From Bdellovibrio sp. (GTDB lineage Bacteria > Bdellovibrionota > Bdellovibrionia > Bdellovibrionales > Bdellovibrionaceae), in contig JAKFBS010000003.1 of NCBI GenBank assembly GCA_036677065.1, forward strand, positions 128,001 through 192,000: DNA of 64,000 nucleotides. The letters run 5' to 3'. The position numbers and the translations under genes are program-made. The notes below the pieces were generated by a model. It did not search any database, was not told the DNA's origin, and worked only from the letters and a program-made list of their open reading frames with translations. This document shows, piece by piece, positions 58,600-64,000 of this stretch; within the stretch, counting starts at the first letter, position 1, and each line of letters opens with the position of its first letter.

Positions 58600-58914
58600 G
58601 TGCGCAAAAAAAAGGTGTGGCTGGTTCTGATACGTCATCGGCAACAATCTGTTTGTTTTATAAATGTCAATGATTCGAAGAGTAACCAAATGGCTTCAAT
58701 TACTTATCAGTCAGATGTGACTAGCTCGGATCAGTTTAATGTTTCCTGTAAGTCCAGCTCGATAAATGTAAAAGTTCAATGTTCCAGCGATAGTTCATGG
58801 ACAAGTAATTATTGCCTTCCTCAAATTGTTCCTCATCCTCGAGTTGTCACTTATGCTTGTCCGTCTTCAACGAAAACATTTAACAATACTGAATGCCAGA
58901 CTATAAATCTTTAA
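58600..58914 (+). CDS. Hypothetical protein or gene remnant (Cys/Ser-rich)
   Basis: ORF only; no clear start or motif. Confidence 0.25.
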   Translation: MRKKKVWLVLIRHRQQSVCFINVNDSKSNQMASITYQSDVTSSDQFNVSCKSSSINVKVQCSSDSSWTSNYCLPQIVPHPRVVTYACPSSTKTFNNTECQTINL

Positions 58915-58959
58915 ACATGACCGTTTGACATACTAAGACCTCATATCCAAGCTATATTA

Positions 58960-59319
58960 ATGGCAGAGTTAAAAAACATTTTGTATCTAGTTGCAGGTCT
59001 GATTTTAGGTATTGGTATATACTGGTGGCCACTTGGTCAGTTTATGAATGAGTGTAAGGCAATTTGGCATTTATTACGAAATCAATATTCACGAGGGAAG
59101 CAATTGAATATCAGCGCAGGAACTGATCTTTATCAGGTTGGAGTGGCTTCACAGCCTTTGTATATTGCACACGATAAATTAATGGAAGTTTGGCACGATG
59201 AAGGCGTGGCTTGGATTCACAGTTCTAATGGTTGGATAAGAGCCCACGTTTTTCATGTTTACGATCTAAATATTTCTAATGCACCGGTTTACAGGGCTTG
59301 CCATTTATATATTAAATAA
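58960..59319 (+). CDS. Hypothetical membrane-anchored protein
   Basis: N-terminal TM; TTGACA upstream. Confidence 0.5.
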   Translation: MAELKNILYLVAGLILGIGIYWWPLGQFMNECKAIWHLLRNQYSRGKQLNISAGTDLYQVGVASQPLYIAHDKLMEVWHDEGVAWIHSSNGWIRAHVFHVYDLNISNAPVYRACHLYIK

Positions 59320-59330
59320 ATATTTAGCTT

Positions 59331-60092
59331 TTATTCATCATCAGGCAAAAATGTTTTAATTTTTCCGGCTACTTTTTCTAACAAATTTTGAATTCTTTGA
59401 ATTCTTTGAATCGCTGGTGTTTCGTGTTTCATTAGCTTGCAGAACAATTCATACGATTGAAGCATGATTTGCCCAGTAGCGAGTCCAGTGTGTCGCAGAA
59501 GCGATGAATAGTCACGATCTGAAGTTGGTTTTACACCACCACCAGGGCTGTGATAAATATTAAAAGACTGTCTATTTCCATGAACGTACATGCTAGCCGG
59601 AACATAAATGTTTAAATACGTCGAAAGTTCCTTACGCTCTTCAAAAAGCTGGTAGGCTTTCTGTAAATTACTTTCATATTCTTCATGAAATTGCCGAGTT
59701 TTTTCCTTCATATCTTCAAAGAACTTTGGCTCCTGATTAAACCCACTCACCGCATGATGTTTTATGGTTTTTTTAAGCCAAATTTCCTTTTCCACTCCGG
59801 CATGCTTTAGATGTCTATCATTGAAATCTTTGTCTTCGATCGAAGATTTGAGAAGTATGTAGGACTCAGATAATGATCTTAATAAAATTTGTGCAGGTAC
59901 TACTTGATCTAAACTAGTTGATATTAGAATTGAAATTGATTTAAAAATTTCTGCAATGCGAATAAAGAAAATATAGGAAATAATTTCAGTATCGCTAAAA
60001 GTAGGTATTAACTCTTTTAGGTCTTCATCAATAATGATGCTGATTTGTTCTAGTAAGTTGTCGATTTCAGTTTGAAGTTCTTGTTGAGTCAT
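59331..60092 (-). CDS. DUF5677-like helical protein
   Basis: AQILLRSLSE...Y..ASMYVHG motif pair. Confidence 0.6.
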   Translation of the reverse strand: MTQQELQTEIDNLLEQISIIIDEDLKELIPTFSDTEIISYIFFIRIAEIFKSISILISTSLDQVVPAQILLRSLSESYILLKSSIEDKDFNDRHLKHAGVEKEIWLKKTIKHHAVSGFNQEPKFFEDMKEKTRQFHEEYESNLQKAYQLFEERKELSTYLNIYVPASMYVHGNRQSFNIYHSPGGGVKPTSDRDYSSLLRHTGLATGQIMLQSYELFCKLMKHETPAIQRIQRIQNLLEKVAGKIKTFLPDDE

Positions 60093-60239
60093 TTGATGAA
60101 TGCTATCGCCTCAAGCGCATTCTGTCTTTATATGAATTGTCTAAAAAGCTACCCGGGTAGGATAACCTGTAAGCCATCTCATTATGAGGCACTCCGTTAA
60201 ATCCATAAATTACACGTATTTAACGCGTACTTCGACCAA

Positions 60240-60317
60240 TTGACAGTTTACATTGTAAATTTACATAGTTACCCGGGTAACATCCTTGTTTACATTGTAA
60301 TGTTCAAATGTTAAGCT
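60240..60317 (+). promoter_or_regulatory. Sigma-70-type promoter(s) with palindromic operators upstream of the XRE-defence operon
   Basis: TTGACA 60240; TTTACA(60289)-N17-TAAGCT(60312) with extended TG; palindromes TTTACATTGTAAA and GTTACCCGGGTAAC. Confidence 0.6.
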
Positions 60318-60324
60318 CAATTTT

Positions 60325-60549
60325 ATGAAAAAACAATCAGGTTCCGCAAAGCAAACTCGAGAGAGATTAAAAGATCTTAGAGAGAAATTAAATATGACTC
60401 AAAGGGAGCTTGCAGAAGAGTTTTATGTAACTGCGGGAGCAATTAATCTTTGGGAAAGTGGTAAACGAGCAATTCCAGGACCCGCTAGGAAATTGATTGA
60501 AGTATATGAGCGAATCTTAGTTTCTAGAAGAGGTGAAAGTGGCAACTAA
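60325..60549 (+). CDS. XRE-family HTH transcriptional regulator
   Basis: LKDLREKLNMTQRELAEEFYVTAGAINLWESGKRAIP. Confidence 0.88.
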   Translation: MKKQSGSAKQTRERLKDLREKLNMTQRELAEEFYVTAGAINLWESGKRAIPGPARKLIEVYERILVSRRGESGN

Positions 60550-61795
60550 ATCGACGACAAAAAAGCCTGGAAAGAAACCTGCAAAGAGTTCTCCAAAAGT
60601 AACAGAGAAGCAGAACGTTTTTGAGATACCATTTGATGAAGATTTATTTCATCAAACATTTCACAGCCTATTGAAAAAAGTAGATATTCAGAGTGGTTTA
60701 GAACCTGAAGAGATTGTGGTAGACGATGAAACGGAAGAGGAAGAAGAGCTGGAGTTTCATCGGTTAAAATATGATCCATCCTCTATTCGAGTATCCTTTA
60801 GGCAATTTCCACTGGATTTATTAATAAAACGAATTGCCGAGGGTGCCATTAACTTTAGTCCTGGGTTTCAAAGAGCAGCAAATATTTGGGGTCTAAAAGA
60901 AAAAGGCCGCTTAATAGAATCAATTTTAATTCAAATTCCATTGCCTGTATTTTATTTAGATAGTTCAAGTGAAGATCGTTGGGATGTAATCGACGGCGTT
61001 CAGCGTCTTAGTACATTCAAAGCATTCGCTGTTGATAAAACGCTTAAATTAAAAGGTTTAGAATTCATGCCTGAGTTAAATGGAAAAGGTTATGATGATT
61101 TGCCAAGAAGTTTGCAACGACGATTCTTAGAATATAATTTAACATTGTACCTAATTGAAAAAGGAACTCCCGCCAGAGTAAAGCAAAGTATCTATGAGAG
61201 AATCAATACTGGAGGAGCTGTTTTAGTTCCTCAGGAGATTAGACATGCAATTTTTCAAGGCCCAGCAACTAAGCTCTTAGAAGATATGGCTAGTTTAGAA
61301 AGCTTTAAAAAAGCCACAAATAATGGTATCAACAGTTTAAGGATGGCAGACAAAGAGTGTGCTCTTCGGTTTGTTACATTTCTGTTGAAGGATTATCGTA
61401 ATTATAAAACAAAAGACATGGATAAGTTCTTGAGCGATACAATGGAAAATTTGTCTAGCATGTCAGTGAGCGAACTCTCTTCCATTAAAACTAAGTTCGA
61501 TCATTCTATGAAAATTTGTTTCACTATTTTCGGTTCACAGGCATTTAGAAAGCCTGGACCAAAATCGCCGATTAACAAAGCTCTTTTTGAAACTATTTCA
61601 TCGGCAATTGCGAAACTTTCTGATGACGAACAGCTCCAGCTTTTGGAAAATCAAAAGCCTTTCAAGAGTAAATTTATTAAATTATTTAAGGATCAAGATT
61701 TTATCGCGTCAATTAGTACTGGAACTGGTGACGTAATTAATGTGCACAATAGATTCGAAGAAATTGAAAAACTTATGCAAGGATTGACAGTATGA
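60533..61795 (+). CDS. DUF262 (ParB/Srx-like) protein, Menshen NsnA-like
   Basis: PGFQR..IW, LIESILIQIPLP.FY, VIDGVQRL, YERINTGG..L.PQEIR. Confidence 0.85.
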   Translation: MKVATKSTTKKPGKKPAKSSPKVTEKQNVFEIPFDEDLFHQTFHSLLKKVDIQSGLEPEEIVVDDETEEEEELEFHRLKYDPSSIRVSFRQFPLDLLIKRIAEGAINFSPGFQRAANIWGLKEKGRLIESILIQIPLPVFYLDSSSEDRWDVIDGVQRLSTFKAFAVDKTLKLKGLEFMPELNGKGYDDLPRSLQRRFLEYNLTLYLIEKGTPARVKQSIYERINTGGAVLVPQEIRHAIFQGPATKLLEDMASLESFKKATNNGINSLRMADKECALRFVTFLLKDYRNYKTKDMDKFLSDTMENLSSMSVSELSSIKTKFDHSMKICFTIFGSQAFRKPGPKSPINKALFETISSAIAKLSDDEQLQLLENQKPFKSKFIKLFKDQDFIASISTGTGDVINVHNRFEEIEKLMQGLTV

Positions 61796-62895
61796 TTAGC
61801 AGCATTACCTTAAAGAACTTCAAATGTTTCAAAGACGAAACACTTACAGTTAAGCCATTAACTTTGCTTTCTGGTGTAAATGGCATGGGAAAATCTACTT
61901 TTATACAATCTTTGCTATCAATACGACAATCCCATATGCAAAATATACTTCCTAAAATTGGATTGTCTTTAAATGGTGACCTTGTAAAATTAGGAACTGC
62001 AAAAGATGTTTTATTTGAATATGCAAACGAAGAAGAAATTCAATTAAAAGTTATGTTCAAAAGTGGAAAGAACGGGGACTTTACCTTTGATTATAATCAA
62101 TCATCTGACGTGCTACCTATAAAAAGCAATGCATCAGTAGATGGTCTATTTGTCGAAAATCTTTTCACTGATAATTTCCATTATTTATCTGCGGAAAGAA
62201 TTGGTCCTAGATTAGCGTTTGAGATGTCTGACTTTCACGTTGTTCAGCATAGGCAGTTAGGAAGTTCCGGACAATATACAGCGCATTTTCTTGCACAATA
62301 CGGCTCCCAAGCTTTAAAAATTCCTGCGCTAAGCTGGGCGCCAGAAATCAGTGACACTTTAAATGCAAATGTTGAAGCTTGGTTAGGAACGATTAGTCCA
62401 GGTACAAGGTTAGTTTTAACACCGCACTCTGGTATGGGGCTAGTTAACTTGGAGTATTCTTTTGCACGGGGAAAAGAAACTCCTACAAAAGCATACCGAC
62501 CTACAAACGTGGGATTTGGTATCACCTTTATCTTGCCAGTATTGGTAGCTTTGCTTTCATCAGAGCCAGGATCAATTTTATTGATTGAAAATCCTGAGGC
62601 GCATCTTCATCCAAAAGGTCAGTTTATGCTTGGCCGCTTAATGGCATTGGCAGCTAATAATGGAATTCAACTTATAGTTGAGTCTCACAGCGACCATTTT
62701 TTAAATGGAATTCGAGTAGCAGTTAAAGATAAGTTAATTGATTACAGCAAAACATCGATCAACTTTTTTGAATTTGAGAAAGAAGCCTCAAGCTCTAAAA
62801 TCAAGAATTTAAAAATAGATTCTGAAGGTAAAATTGATCAATGGCCAGATGGTTTCTTTGATGAATGGGAAAAGTCGTTAGAGAAGTTAATTTAA
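61792..62895 (+). CDS. ABC/AAA_21-type ATPase with DUF3696 C-terminus, Menshen NsnB-like
   Basis: LKNFKCF, GVNGMGKS, NVGFGIT, LLIENPEAHLHPKGQ, VESHSDH, IDQWPDGFFDEW. Confidence 0.88.
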   Translation: MISSITLKNFKCFKDETLTVKPLTLLSGVNGMGKSTFIQSLLSIRQSHMQNILPKIGLSLNGDLVKLGTAKDVLFEYANEEEIQLKVMFKSGKNGDFTFDYNQSSDVLPIKSNASVDGLFVENLFTDNFHYLSAERIGPRLAFEMSDFHVVQHRQLGSSGQYTAHFLAQYGSQALKIPALSWAPEISDTLNANVEAWLGTISPGTRLVLTPHSGMGLVNLEYSFARGKETPTKAYRPTNVGFGITFILPVLVALLSSEPGSILLIENPEAHLHPKGQFMLGRLMALAANNGIQLIVESHSDHFLNGIRVAVKDKLIDYSKTSINFFEFEKEASSSKIKNLKIDSEGKIDQWPDGFFDEWEKSLEKLI

Positions 62896-63861
62896 ATGGA
62901 ACTAGAGTATATTTTTAATGAATTGTCTATCGAGCCTGCTGTGGGTCTGGCAGAAGCCCACCAGGTAATGGACAATTTCATAGAAATTCTTAAGTCATCC
63001 AGAGCAATTGGTATTAAGCCAAATATTCGCTCTTCAGTTGATTTAAAGTCTGTTCAATTAAAAGACGGATATTACGTTTCCAATTGGTGTGCCAACCAGG
63101 ACGTAAATAAAGAACGCAGATTGTATTTACTAACGTTGAGTACGAAGTTTCCGCTCGTAAGCGATTTGCCTGAGTGTTTGGAAGAAAATTTAAAAGAAGT
63201 TGAGGTTCAGTTTGAGGGGCGACAAGGTGAGGGCCTAACTCTTGCCCATTTGACTAAGAATCCCGTTATTAGTCTCAATACGCATGTGAAATGGAATCCA
63301 GACATTTTGCAAGTTCAAGTTAAGACAATGAAAATTCATTCTGATGAGCGTTTTGAAATTTTAGATTCAAATGCTTCATTACTTAATTTTTGTATTCCTT
63401 CCAATGTGACTACACATTTACCTAATATTCCTAAATTGCAAAAGCAAAGATGCACGTCAATCGAGGATTTTTGGCAAAAGAAAAATGCGTGGTTTCCCAA
63501 TTTAGAATTCGCACCCACATTGCTAGATAATTTGGAAGCTATCGGTATGAAAAGTCCAATTTTTTCACAAGCCGTTCAGTTGTTTTCAGACTTTGATATA
63601 TTTTGCAACAGCTGGACAAGCGGACCTTGTGCTATAGTTACAAGTTTACCAAACATATCTGCGGAGTCAGCTCCTACAATGCAGACATATGGACATCTTA
63701 GAAAGTTTAAAGATGAAACTGGCGCAGACATAACTTGTGAACTTCATGCCAGATTAACCCCAGGTGCACATAGGCTTCATTTTTATCCTGATCCTACTTC
63801 AAAAAAAATCTTTATTGGGTATGTCGGGTGGAAACTAGCTTGTACTAAATTTCCAACTTAA
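62896..63861 (+). CDS. Putative effector with RelE/ParE-like C-terminal domain, Menshen NsnC-like
   Basis: Abuts the ATPase stop; YIFNELS at N-terminus; C-terminal CELHARL..GAHRLHF......IFIGYVG. Confidence 0.6.
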   Translation: MELEYIFNELSIEPAVGLAEAHQVMDNFIEILKSSRAIGIKPNIRSSVDLKSVQLKDGYYVSNWCANQDVNKERRLYLLTLSTKFPLVSDLPECLEENLKEVEVQFEGRQGEGLTLAHLTKNPVISLNTHVKWNPDILQVQVKTMKIHSDERFEILDSNASLLNFCIPSNVTTHLPNIPKLQKQRCTSIEDFWQKKNAWFPNLEFAPTLLDNLEAIGMKSPIFSQAVQLFSDFDIFCNSWTSGPCAIVTSLPNISAESAPTMQTYGHLRKFKDETGADITCELHARLTPGAHRLHFYPDPTSKKIFIGYVGWKLACTKFPT

Positions 63862-64000
63862 AATTTTTATCTTTCCACGATACGTTTAATTTTAGCTATT
63901 TGTTCTAGACGAGGGATGTAAGTTGCATCTTTGGCGTAAACCCTACCTCATTCAGGATGTTAAGTTTCGCGGAAAATACGATTACTGTTACTAGAACGCG

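Overview
Chromosomal window from a low-GC, Bdellovibrionales-like predatory bacterium. The taxonomy is inferred from gene content (phage-fibre-like MAT adhesins, Bdellovibrio-style lipoproteins, Tad pilins) and not from a marker gene. The window opens with the end of a flagellar operon (flhA-flhF-flhG-fliA). A ~25 kb surface-protein block follows: two tandem mosaic trimeric fibre genes, then a tightly coupled 7-gene operon. That operon starts with an atypical MotA/MotB-like pair and continues with four large lipoproteins and an outer-membrane barrel protein. Next come rpoH, aspS, a split Tad/Flp pilus locus, a secreted protein with a low-complexity GGFQMP/poly-Q region, and housekeeping genes (folD, RlmI-like methyltransferase, ClC channel, truncated globin, ilvE). 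From ~58.1 kb the window enters a probable tRNA-integrated island carrying a frameshifted XRE gene, a DUF5677-like gene and an XRE-led, Menshen-like three-gene defence operon. The best candidate for an undescribed system is 15550-28049. Its MotA lacks the FliG-contacting motif, its MotB has a YfaP/DUF2135-like domain in place of the peptidoglycan-binding domain, and both are translationally coupled to fibre/lectin-like and NHL-like lipoproteins. All domain calls come from motif recognition by eye; no searches were run.
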